From: Fidelibacterota bacterium
GTDB taxonomy: Bacteria; Fidelibacterota; UBA2242
Length of the DNA stretch: 64,000 bases
Reading direction: 5' to 3'
NCBI GenBank assembly: GCA_049975265.1
Contig: JBNGDF010000009.1
Location: 1-64,000, forward strand
Of this stretch, positions 8,615 to 17,326 are shown one piece after another. Each line of letters opens with the position of its first letter. Within the stretch, counting starts at the first letter, position 1. The position numbers and the translations under genes were made by a program. Below the pieces are notes generated by a model, which saw only the letters and a program-made list of their open reading frames with translations, did not search any database and was not told the DNA's origin.

Positions 8615-9848
8615 AATCCTGATTATCGCCAAATGGGAATATTTGACGCGGATTCGCTCAAAATGGTTTGTCATCTCTACCCTGATTATTCCGTTGGTGC
8701 TGGTGGCGTTTATGTTCATTCCGGCATTGATGGTAGAAGAGAGTGGCATGTCGCTCAAAATCCTCGGCTTGATTGATGACTCCGGGCGGATAGGTCCGCA
8801 TTTTGATGCGGTGATCTCGGCTGAATACCAATTAAAAGATGGGCAGCCGAAATATCAGATTGTGGACCTGACCGGGTATCCCGGCGAAGATGCCCGCACG
8901 GTCGCCAGCAGTCTGCTGGATTCAGCTCTGATCGACGCCTACCTCTATATACCGGAAAATGTTCTCGAGAGCGGACAGGTCCGGTATTATGCCCGGTTTC
9001 TGGGGGATTATCGCGATCAGGAGGAGATCCGGCAGGCTCTGAATCGGGTCATGCTGAATCTCCGCGCCCGCGATGTCGGTTTGGAACCCGAACTGATCCG
9101 GGAATTGACCAGTCCTGTCACGTTGACGACCATTGAAGTAAAAAAGGGTGGAAAACAAAGCGAAGGCAGTGAATTTGTCGCTTATGTCGCACCCATCGTA
9201 TTTGTCCTGATGCTCTACTTTGCAATTGTCATGTCAGCGCAGGTCCTGATGCGCAGTGTTCTCGAGGAGCGGAGCAACCGGCTGGTGGAAATCCTGCTGT
9301 CCTCGGTCAGTTCAACCCAGCTGATGTCGGGGAAAATCATCGGATTGGGACTGCTGGGGCTCTCGCAACTGGGGTTTTATCTGGTCTGTGGTCTGCTGGT
9401 CTCTCAGCACCGCGGCATGAATCTCATGAATGCCGGTCAGCTGCCCTATTTTTTACTCTACTTTGTGCTGGGCTATCTGTTTTTTTCCGGAATATACGCC
9501 GCCATCGGGGCGCTCTTTTCCAGCGAACACGACGCCCAACAGGTCGTATCGGTCATATCAATTATTTCGGTGGTGCCGATTCTGCTCGCATCCTATGTCA
9601 TCGCGAATCCCGAATCGCTGCTGACCATCCTGTTGTCGCATATTCCCTTTCTGACGCCCTTTTTTATGATTCTGCTGATGGGCATAGAGACGCCTCCGGT
9701 CTGGCATTTGATCAGTACAATCATTGTGCTGGTGGTCTGTTCCGGATTAACCATGATCGCGGCGGGAAAAATATTCCGGACGGCGGTGTTGATGTACGGC
9801 AAGCGCCCGACATTCCCGGAAATTTGGCAGTGGCTGAAATCGGCGTAA
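8607..9848 (+). CDS. ABC-2 type exporter permease (NatB/YhaP-like)
   Basis: SVLEERSNRLVEILLSS, GKIIG, IPFLTPF; one TM, large extracytoplasmic loop, then multiple TMs. Confidence 0.9.
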   Translation: MPKILIIAKWEYLTRIRSKWFVISTLIIPLVLVAFMFIPALMVEESGMSLKILGLIDDSGRIGPHFDAVISAEYQLKDGQPKYQIVDLTGYPGEDARTVASSLLDSALIDAYLYIPENVLESGQVRYYARFLGDYRDQEEIRQALNRVMLNLRARDVGLEPELIRELTSPVTLTTIEVKKGGKQSEGSEFVAYVAPIVFVLMLYFAIVMSAQVLMRSVLEERSNRLVEILLSSVSSTQLMSGKIIGLGLLGLSQLGFYLVCGLLVSQHRGMNLMNAGQLPYFLLYFVLGYLFFSGIYAAIGALFSSEHDAQQVVSVISIISVVPILLASYVIANPESLLTILLSHIPFLTPFFMILLMGIETPPVWHLISTIIVLVVCSGLTMIAAGKIFRTAVLMYGKRPTFPEIWQWLKSA

Positions 9849-9936
9849 ATATCGGTTGTGATTAAAATTCCTATCGCCTATATTTTTCAAAGATCTGATA
9901 ATTGGAGTTTGGGAGAAAAATGGAAAAGGAGTATTT

Positions 9937-10251
9937 ATGCTGGAATTCACCGATAGTAATTTTGAACAGGAAGTGCTTCAGGCGGATTTGCCTGTTCTGG
10001 TTGATTTCTGGGCAGCCTGGTGCATGCCCTGTCTGAAAATAGCGCCGATCGTGGAGGAGCTGGAGGAAAAATACAAGGGCAGGATGAAGTTCGGGAAAGT
10101 GAATGTTGAAGATAATCCCATGTTTCCGCAGAATTACGGAATCCGCAGCATCCCGACACTGCTGATCTTTAAAGACGGTAAGGTTTATAGCCAGATTGTC
10201 GGTGCAGTGCCTCGTCATAAATTGGAGGAGAATATTCAGGCGGCGTTATAA
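9937..10251 (+). CDS. trxA: Thioredoxin
   Basis: VLVDFWAAWCMPC, YGIRSIPTL; RBS AAGGAG. Confidence 0.95.
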   Translation: MLEFTDSNFEQEVLQADLPVLVDFWAAWCMPCLKIAPIVEELEEKYKGRMKFGKVNVEDNPMFPQNYGIRSIPTLLIFKDGKVYSQIVGAVPRHKLEENIQAAL

Positions 10252-10440
10252 AATATCAAAATTCAGCAGTCCTGTAAAAAATCCCCGATACTTCGGAAAT
10301 TTTCTATAAAATTAAAAAATAGTTGATTTTAATCAAATGAATCATGCGTTAGGGGAATTCATTAATCATCAGCCTGACGCTCTTGAAAATAACTGCATAA
10401 ATACCTTTCTTGTAACGGCAAATCATTGTAAATTTCCCCC

Positions 10441-10548
10441 GGTTTTTTACCTGAGATGAAGGATTAATCTAACATCAAGGGGTGTGAAAAAGACAACGAT
10501 CAGAATCGGCGTAATTTCCATCCCTTGTCACAACGGATGGATTTTTTT
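10441..10548 (+). promoter_or_regulatory. Putative attenuator leader of the hydrogenase maturase operon
   Basis: Terminator TCCATCC(10517-23)/GGATGGA(10535-41) plus T7 directly before ATG 10549; competing helix CAAGGGGTG(10476-84)/CATCCCTTG(10519-27); upstream hairpin 10443-10491. Confidence 0.6.
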
Positions 10549-10797
10549 ATGGAAAAACGGGTTCACACCACAACCATCACGGTTTATGACCGGGATGCGT
10601 CCTATCAGCAGGTGGGCGAACTGCTGCACAGCCACGCAAAGAGTATCCTTTTGCGCGTCGGCTATCCTCTGGAAAAGCACAATGCGGCGATCATTTTTCT
10701 GATCCTGGAGATGACCACCGATGAACTGGGTGCGCTGACCGGAAAACTGGGTCAGATTCCAACAGTCAGAGTGAAATCCACAACCCTGAAAGTATAG
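10549..10797 (+). CDS. TM1266-family putative iron-only hydrogenase system regulator (ACT-like fold)
   Basis: MEKRV...VGELLHSHAKSILLRVGYP...ELGALTGKLGQIPTVRVKS; first gene before hydE/hydG/hydF; start taken as ATG 10549. Confidence 0.88.
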   Translation: MEKRVHTTTITVYDRDASYQQVGELLHSHAKSILLRVGYPLEKHNAAIIFLILEMTTDELGALTGKLGQIPTVRVKSTTLKV

Positions 10798-10802
10798 CGC
10801 TG

Positions 10803-11867
10803 ATGAGGTTATCCGAACGGAAAATCCGCAATTATCTGGATGGCAAGGATGATGCCGCTCTATTCGCTGAAGCCGACAGGGTTCGGCGGGAGGTATTTGG
10901 TGAGGGCGTCTATCTGCGCGGTATTCTGGAATTTTCCAATTACTGTCGCCGGAATTGTCTCTATTGCGGCTTGCGGCGGGATAACCGGCAAATCGTACGC
11001 TATCGTCTCAGCACTGCGGAGATTTTGGATGGTGTGGCTGAGATCGCCGCCGCTGGAGTAAAGACGGTGGTTCTACAGACCGGTGAAGACCCTTTCTATT
11101 CTGCTCGCGAAATTGCCCGGATCATCACCGCGATCAAGTCACGCTATGAGATCGCCGTTACTCTGTCACTGGGCGAACGCAGCCGGGAGACCTATCGGCT
11201 CTGGCGGGAAGCCGGAGCAGACCGTTATCTGCTGCGCATGGAGACATTCAACAGGGATAATTATGCCCGGGTACGCCCGCAACGTGTCTGGGAAAAGCGT
11301 CTGGAGTGCCTTGAGAGCTTGCGGGAGATGGATTATGAGGTCGGTTCGGGTATCATGGTTGGGCTGCCCGGTGATGAATTTGAAGATATTGTCACAGCTG
11401 TCCGGGGGTTGACGAGATTGCAGCTGGATATGATCGGCACAGGACCCTTTATCGCCCATCCCCGGACACCGTTTGCCGATCAGCCCGACGGCAATATTGA
11501 TTTGACACTGCGGGTTTATGCGCTGCTGAGAATCCTGAATCCGCTGGCAAATATCCCGTCAACAAGCGCCATGGAAAGCGCCAGACCGGGAGGGAGAATG
11601 CGGGGTTTACAGGTGGGTGCCAATGTGATTATGCCGTCGTTTACACCGCCGCGGGTGCGGGAATTATACAATATTTATCCGGGCAAGAACGTCCAGCGGG
11701 ACATTGATGATAACTATTCATCTGCATTGGCAATGATCGTAAAAGCCGGGTACCGGGCGGATTTTGCAAGGGGGGATTCGCCGGTGAAAAGTAATAAGGA
11801 TAAAGTTCAAAGTGTAAAGGTGAAAGTGGAGGGTAGGGTTATTAGTGAGAATGAGCCGGCACGATGA
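10803..11867 (+). CDS. hydE: [FeFe]-hydrogenase H-cluster radical SAM maturase HydE
   Basis: LRGILEFSNYCRRNCLYCGLR, GADRYLLRMET, GPFIAHPRTP, GANVIMP, YNIYPGK; operon context. Confidence 0.93.
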   Translation: MRLSERKIRNYLDGKDDAALFAEADRVRREVFGEGVYLRGILEFSNYCRRNCLYCGLRRDNRQIVRYRLSTAEILDGVAEIAAAGVKTVVLQTGEDPFYSAREIARIITAIKSRYEIAVTLSLGERSRETYRLWREAGADRYLLRMETFNRDNYARVRPQRVWEKRLECLESLREMDYEVGSGIMVGLPGDEFEDIVTAVRGLTRLQLDMIGTGPFIAHPRTPFADQPDGNIDLTLRVYALLRILNPLANIPSTSAMESARPGGRMRGLQVGANVIMPSFTPPRVRELYNIYPGKNVQRDIDDNYSSALAMIVKAGYRADFARGDSPVKSNKDKVQSVKVKVEGRVISENEPAR

Positions 11868-11918
11868 GAGACGGAATAATATCACTATTTACCTTTTTGA
11901 TTAAAATACGAGGTAACA

Positions 11919-13442
11919 ATGTCTGAATTAACGGTACAGGAATGGGTAAAACAGGTCATCAAGCAGGATGAGATCGATAAGTACCTGATTGGCGGTAAGG
12001 ATTTTATCGATGGGGAGGTCATTAAAAATGAATTGTCGGCGCATCGAAAGCCGGACAGGCAGCAGGTCTGCGACATTATCGCGAAATCGCTACGGATCGA
12101 ACGTCTGGAGCCGTGGGAAACGGCAGCACTGCTGAATGTAGAGGACCCGGATATCTGGGAAGAGATGTATGCGGCGGGTCTGGCGGTCAAGCGCAAGGTT
12201 TATGACAACCGGATTGTCTTTTTTGCACCGCTCTACTGCAGCAATCTCTGCGTGAATAATTGTGCCTACTGCGGTTTCCGCTATGATAATAAAGACGAAA
12301 AGCGCCGGATACTCTCGATGGATGAAGTGCGGCAGGAGACTGAGGCTGTGATTTCCGAAGGGCATAAACGCATGATCGTCGTCTATGGTGAACATCCCCG
12401 TTCCGATGCCGAATATATCGCCCGCACGATTGAGACCATTTATGGTGTGAAAAAGAGAGCCGGCCGCGGTTTTGGTGAAATTCGTCGTGTGAATATCAAC
12501 GCCGCACCAATGTCTATTGCCGACCTGAAAAGACTCTGGAATGTGGGCATCGGCACCTATCAGGTCTTCCAGGAAACCTATCATAAACCTACGTATGCGG
12601 CGCTTCATCCGGCGAACACGATCAAGGGCAATTATCGCTGGCGCCTGTATGCCCTGCACCGAGCGATGGAGGCAGGCATTGATGATCTGGCGATCGGTGC
12701 GCTGTTCGGGCTTTATGACTGGCGTTTTGAGGTGATGGGATTGTTGTATCACGCCATTGATCTGGAACGGCAATTCGGAATCGGTCCCCATACGATCTCC
12801 TTTCCCCGCATGACGCCGGCATCGGGCTCTTTTGTGAGTACTCATTCAAAATATCTTGTAAACGATGAGGATTTCAAAAAGTTGGTCACCGTCCTGCGGC
12901 TCTCGGTACCCTATACGGGATTGATTATCACCGCTCGAGAGCGAGCGAATTTACGCCGGGAAGTGATCAGAGTCGGCTGTACCCAGACCGACGCCTCCAC
13001 GAAAATCGGTATTGGTGGCTACACCGAAGCGCTGAAAAAACTCAGTCAGCTGGAAAAGTCGGACCAGGAAATCGATAAACAGCAGTTTACCCTCGGTGAT
13101 ACCCGCCGTCTGGATGATGTGGTACGGGAACTGGCGAAGATGGGCATGATTACATCGTTCTGCACCGCCGGATACCGCTGCGGACGAACCGGGGATAAAA
13201 TCATGGGCTTGCTGAAGAGCTGCACCGAGGGCAAATTCTGCAAACTGAACGCCGTACTAACATTTCGGGAATATCTGGACGATTATGCCTCTCCGGAGAC
13301 AAAAGCCGTCGGCGAGCAGCTGATCGAAAAGGAGCTGGCGGAGATTCGTCAAATTCCCTTTTTCCGGAAAGGAACTCTTCTGCAGACTTTTGAAAAGATG
13401 TATCGGGACACGCTGAATGGAAAACGGGATGTATATATTTAG
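11919..13442 (+). CDS. hydG: [FeFe]-hydrogenase H-cluster radical SAM maturase HydG
   Basis: FAPLYCSNLCVNNCAYC, GTYQVFQETYH, GPHTISFPR, C-terminal auxiliary-cluster Cys motif CX5CX19C. Confidence 0.95.
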   Translation: MSELTVQEWVKQVIKQDEIDKYLIGGKDFIDGEVIKNELSAHRKPDRQQVCDIIAKSLRIERLEPWETAALLNVEDPDIWEEMYAAGLAVKRKVYDNRIVFFAPLYCSNLCVNNCAYCGFRYDNKDEKRRILSMDEVRQETEAVISEGHKRMIVVYGEHPRSDAEYIARTIETIYGVKKRAGRGFGEIRRVNINAAPMSIADLKRLWNVGIGTYQVFQETYHKPTYAALHPANTIKGNYRWRLYALHRAMEAGIDDLAIGALFGLYDWRFEVMGLLYHAIDLERQFGIGPHTISFPRMTPASGSFVSTHSKYLVNDEDFKKLVTVLRLSVPYTGLIITARERANLRREVIRVGCTQTDASTKIGIGGYTEALKKLSQLEKSDQEIDKQQFTLGDTRRLDDVVRELAKMGMITSFCTAGYRCGRTGDKIMGLLKSCTEGKFCKLNAVLTFREYLDDYASPETKAVGEQLIEKELAEIRQIPFFRKGTLLQTFEKMYRDTLNGKRDVYI

Positions 13443-13468
13443 GTTTATTGGAATGTAAGAGTTCGTGT

Positions 13469-13780
13469 ATGGGCACTATCGAGAAAAGCAGGACAACGGT
13501 CGCGCGGATCCGAGATATCTGTTTTCAGAAGAAAGGGACATTGCAGTATAAATTGCTGAGCATCGCAAGGGAACTGGCAGATTACCTTGAGACGGAGGTC
13601 TATTTTTGCAAGATCAGGGGCAGACGCTGGTCTTTTGTGGCAGGGAGTGGTGACGTGCTTTGTGGTTCATACCGACTGCGATTGTCCGATAAATGGGGAT
13701 TGATTTCTGAACGGAAGATCACACCAAGCCACTCTGTTCAGCTCATTATCAGCATGATACAAGAGATGCTAACAGGCTGA
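13469..13780 (+). CDS. Hypothetical protein inside the hyd maturase operon
   Basis: Fills the hydG-hydF gap on the same strand; globular composition (VYFCKIRGRRWSFVAG); start ATG 13469 or TTG 13448. Confidence 0.65.
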   Translation: MGTIEKSRTTVARIRDICFQKKGTLQYKLLSIARELADYLETEVYFCKIRGRRWSFVAGSGDVLCGSYRLRLSDKWGLISERKITPSHSVQLIISMIQEMLTG

Positions 13781-13886
13781 TAGCCTGCAGGTTAGGACAA
13801 TTACTTATAGCAAAAAAAATGATAGTGAAAGCGTCCGTGATAATAATAACAATACAAGTAAAGCCGGGATAAGAAAGCTAGCAGGT

Positions 13887-15155
13887 ATGATTAAAACACC
13901 CAAAGGACTGCGGCTGCATATCGGCATTTTCGGACGCCGGAATGTCGGCAAATCGTCATTGATTAATGCCCTGACACGGCAGAACGTATCGATCGTATCG
14001 GATGTGGCGGGAACCACCACAGATCCGGTGGAAAAACCGATGGAGCTGTTGCCGATTGGACCGGTAATTTTCATCGATACGGCAGGTATTGATGATGACA
14101 GTATTTTAGGAGTCATGCGAACGACACAGACAAAAAAGATATTTGACCGTACCGACCTGGCGATTATCGTTACTACCGGCAGAGGCTGGGGGGCTTTTGA
14201 AGAGGAGCTGCAGAAAGAGTTTGATCATCGCGCTATTCCATTTATTGTTGTTTTTAATAAAAGCGATCTGGAAACTCCGGACCCTGCCATTGCAAAAAAA
14301 TTAACGGGAAATAATATTCTCGCTGTCAGCACAATCGCAACGGATTCAACGGGGCTGTTTGACTTGCGCGAGGCGATTATCCGGAAAACACCGCCTGATA
14401 TCATCAATGCGCCGAAAATTATCGGTGACCTGATCAAGCCGGGTGAACTGGTAGTTCTGGTGGTACCGATTGATAAAGAGGCGCCGAAAGGGCGGTTGAT
14501 TTTGCCACAGGTCCAGACGATTCGGGAGATTTTGGACAGTAATGCCTATTGCATTGTGGTCAAAGAGAATGAATTGCGCACGGCGCTGCAGAAATTGAAG
14601 ACCAAGCCGGCGATGGTTGTTACCGACTCCCAGGCATTTATAAAGGTTGCCGCTGACACGCCGGGAGATGTGCCGATGACCTCCTTTTCGATTCTTTTTG
14701 CCCGGATTAAAGGCAATCTCGCAGAGTTGGTGCGCGGCGCGATGATGATTGACACGCTCCTGCCCGGCGACCGGGTTTTAGTAGCCGAAGCCTGTACCCA
14801 TCACCCGATTACCGACGATATCGGTACGGTGAAAATTCCCCGCTGGCTGAATCAGTATGTGGGCGGCGAGCTGCGTTTCGGTCATGCGCAGGGCCATGAT
14901 TATCCCGACGATCTGGAGAAGTACCGGCTGGTTATTCATTGCGGCTCCTGTATGTTCAACCGGCGGGAGATGCTTTCACGAATGATGCATGCCAAGCGGG
15001 CGGGTGTACCGATCACGAATTATGGTCTCACGATAGCCTATACACTGGGTATTTTTGAGAGGGCTCTGGAACCCTTTCCGGAGATTTTGGAGATGTACCG
15101 TCGCGAAAAAAACAGGGACTTCCCTGCGAAAGTCCCTGAGATGAATACTGAGTAA
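13887..15155 (+). CDS. hydF: [FeFe]-hydrogenase H-cluster maturation GTPase HydF
   Basis: GRRNVGKSS, GTTTDPV, DTAG, NKSD, APKGRLILPQ, EACTHH...HCGSC cluster motif. Confidence 0.97.
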   Translation: MIKTPKGLRLHIGIFGRRNVGKSSLINALTRQNVSIVSDVAGTTTDPVEKPMELLPIGPVIFIDTAGIDDDSILGVMRTTQTKKIFDRTDLAIIVTTGRGWGAFEEELQKEFDHRAIPFIVVFNKSDLETPDPAIAKKLTGNNILAVSTIATDSTGLFDLREAIIRKTPPDIINAPKIIGDLIKPGELVVLVVPIDKEAPKGRLILPQVQTIREILDSNAYCIVVKENELRTALQKLKTKPAMVVTDSQAFIKVAADTPGDVPMTSFSILFARIKGNLAELVRGAMMIDTLLPGDRVLVAEACTHHPITDDIGTVKIPRWLNQYVGGELRFGHAQGHDYPDDLEKYRLVIHCGSCMFNRREMLSRMMHAKRAGVPITNYGLTIAYTLGIFERALEPFPEILEMYRREKNRDFPAKVPEMNTE

Positions 15156-15169
15156 CCGGTCAGCCGGTA

Positions 15170-15352
15170 CTATTCCTGCGATTCTTCCACTACCGCATCC
15201 CTGGCATATTTGATGACCTGCTCTACCTGGCGGATGCAATCTTCCTTTGAATCAAAGCCCATTCCCGATACACCGACGATTTCCTGATCATCGGTTTTCA
15301 GGCGCCAGCGCCACTGATCGGCTTTATCGATATACAACTGCAAAATGGACAT
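15170..15352 (-). CDS. DUF1508/YegP (UPF0339)-family small protein
   Basis: LYIDKADQWRWRLK...IVGVSGMGFDSKEDC; RBS GGAG upstream. Confidence 0.8.
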   Translation of the reverse strand: MSILQLYIDKADQWRWRLKTDDQEIVGVSGMGFDSKEDCIRQVEQVIKYARDAVVEESQE

Positions 15353-15364
15353 GATTAATTGCTC

Positions 15365-16396
15365 CTAACGTTTCTTAAAACTTTTGATGGCTTGCATATC
15401 TTCAAGGTCGATTTTGTTCTGGGATTTCGCCAGAATGGAGGGATCATACAGCTGGGCGACCCAGAGATAATATTTGGCGTCCTCTTTCCCCAGTTTTTTA
15501 TAGATTAAATAGGCTTGCAGGTAACCTTCGGCAACCTTGAGTCGGTCGTTTTTACTGAGTTTTTGATAGCTGCCTTCCAGTGCGGGAATCAGCAATTCGA
15601 TACCCAACCACAAAATGTCCGGATTTCGGATCTTTGGGGTATTGGCGTTGTAGATATTGGGCCAGAGAAAGGCGTCGGAATAGTAGTCGTCCGCCAGATC
15701 CCAGAGCCGGTCACCTTTGACGACGGTGTGATAGATATCCATGGGAGTTGGTTTCGGAGTTCTCTCAAGTTCGGGGGATGTAACTTCGGTTTCCAGCTCT
15801 GTTGCTTCGGGTTCTTCTGCAATGTCTGGTGCCGGTTCGACGGGAGGCGAGGGTAGAATCGGTTCTGGCTGGACCTCTTCCGGTACGTCGGAAATGATCT
15901 CCAGCGCTTCCGGCTCGGGTTTGGATTTATCCCGCAGTGACAGCAGAATTATCAGGATGATGATAATTGCCACGGAACCGATGGATGTGATCAGAGCCCA
16001 GTTTGGTCGTTTCCACTTTTCGGGCTCGGATGTAAATGACGATTCGCGCATCAGCGGCTGAACATCATCAGGATGCTCGGGCAGATTCTCCTCGATGATT
16101 TCTTCGATTTCCTTCGTCTCTTCGGGCTTCTCTTCAGGCTCCGGTTCCGGTTCCGATGCTTCTATCGGTTCTTTGACAGATTCCGGGGCTTCCCGGTGAA
16201 CTGTGAACTCCTCTTCGGTTTCATAAATGCGCACCTCAGAGATATCGGGGAGTTCCCTGGCGGTGTTGAGGTCGTCCAGACACTCTTCTTTTGTGTCGAA
16301 GCCTTCGCCGGAAACAGCGATAATATCGCCTTCGTCATTCCGGAGACGCCAGCGCCACTGACCGCCCTTGTCAATATAATATTGAAATACTGCCAT
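15365..16396 (-). CDS. DUF1508 domain + acidic linker + TM helix + LysM domain protein
   Basis: N-terminal YYIDKGGQWRWRLR...SGEGFDTKEEC; TM WALITSIGSVAIIIILIILLSL; LysM HTVVKGDRLWDLADDYYSDAFLWPNIYNAN...NPDILWLGIELLIP. Confidence 0.85.
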   Translation of the reverse strand: MAVFQYYIDKGGQWRWRLRNDEGDIIAVSGEGFDTKEECLDDLNTARELPDISEVRIYETEEEFTVHREAPESVKEPIEASEPEPEPEEKPEETKEIEEIIEENLPEHPDDVQPLMRESSFTSEPEKWKRPNWALITSIGSVAIIIILIILLSLRDKSKPEPEALEIISDVPEEVQPEPILPSPPVEPAPDIAEEPEATELETEVTSPELERTPKPTPMDIYHTVVKGDRLWDLADDYYSDAFLWPNIYNANTPKIRNPDILWLGIELLIPALEGSYQKLSKNDRLKVAEGYLQAYLIYKKLGKEDAKYYLWVAQLYDPSILAKSQNKIDLEDMQAIKSFKKR

Positions 16397-16611
16397 TGTC
16401 TCTCCTCTCTGATCATGTATACATTATGCAATAAAATAAATGAAATTTTAGTAAAACCAAAAGAAAAATTATGAATCTTCAAGCAGATGTATCAATAAGA
16501 TAGGCGAGTTGCTTTAGAATTTAATTGAACTAACAAAAAAATATGATTGCAGCTGCTTTTCCTGAAACCTTTTCTGCTTCAAATACTCTAATTACAAAAA
16601 AAGGAAGGAAT

Positions 16612-17115
16612 ATGAAGAAAAATATTTGGGGATTTCTGGTCATTCTGGTGGTTTTGTTCCAGGTTCAGAGCGTTGCCGGTCAGTCATGGTATGAATACAC
16701 AGAGGGTATGCAGCAGGCTGAAACCGCCGGCAAGCATCTGGTAATTGATTTTTATGCCGACTGGTGCCACTGGTGCAAGGTAATGGAGAAAGAGACCTTT
16801 TCCGATCCGGAAGTAGAGGAGTACCTCTTTGAAAATTTTATTCCCATCAAATTGGACTCCGACAACAATACCCGGATCATCACCTTTCACGGGCAGCAGA
16901 TGACACCGCGGCAACTAACCTCGGCGTTTCGGGTCACCGGTCTTCCATCCCTGGCATTTTTGACGCCCGACCTGGAGGTAATCACCGTAATTCCTGGTTA
17001 TATAAAGAAAGATATGTTTTTGAATATTCTGAAATATATGGAGCAGGAATGCTATAAATCCCAGATGCCTTTTGAGGAATTCCTGGAAAAGGGGTGCGAC
17101 GATAACAATAAGTAA
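16612..17115 (+). CDS. Exported thioredoxin-fold protein (SoxW/DUF255-like)
   Basis: Start ATG 16612 after AAGGAAGG; signal peptide; IDFYADWCHWCKVMEKETF, FRVTGLPS, IPGY. Confidence 0.85.
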   Translation: MKKNIWGFLVILVVLFQVQSVAGQSWYEYTEGMQQAETAGKHLVIDFYADWCHWCKVMEKETFSDPEVEEYLFENFIPIKLDSDNNTRIITFHGQQMTPRQLTSAFRVTGLPSLAFLTPDLEVITVIPGYIKKDMFLNILKYMEQECYKSQMPFEEFLEKGCDDNNK

Positions 17116-17326
17116 TGGCTTTTACCGTATCTGAAAATCTTTTATTGTATGTAATGGATTTGTAATGATACTTTGTTCTATGTTTCATTGAGATAGTGTC
17201 AATCAGGCAGGGCTGCTTCACATCTGAGTTTGTTTTGTTGTTCTGACACTGGTAAATGGTCGTCCAATATTCTGCCGCGATTTAATATTATCGGTTTGGT
17301 GACAAACTCGGCAGTCGATTACCAGT

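Noticed and set aside
9937..10251. WCMPC instead of WCGPC in thioredoxin
   Set aside because: Within normal active-site variation; both Cys are intact.
10451..10484. TPP riboswitch (CTGAGA and GGGGTG words present)
   Set aside because: The words are in the wrong order and the CCTGAT...GCG-AGGGA core is missing. T-box and SAM-I consensus motifs are also absent.
10484..10702. 72-aa ORF as a leader peptide
   Set aside because: It runs through the terminator and out of frame into the TM1266 gene, with no run of regulatory codons.
10803..13442. Calling the radical SAM genes bioB/pylB and thiH
   Set aside because: HydE- and HydG-specific motifs, the HydG C-terminal cluster and adjacency to hydF support the hyd assignment.
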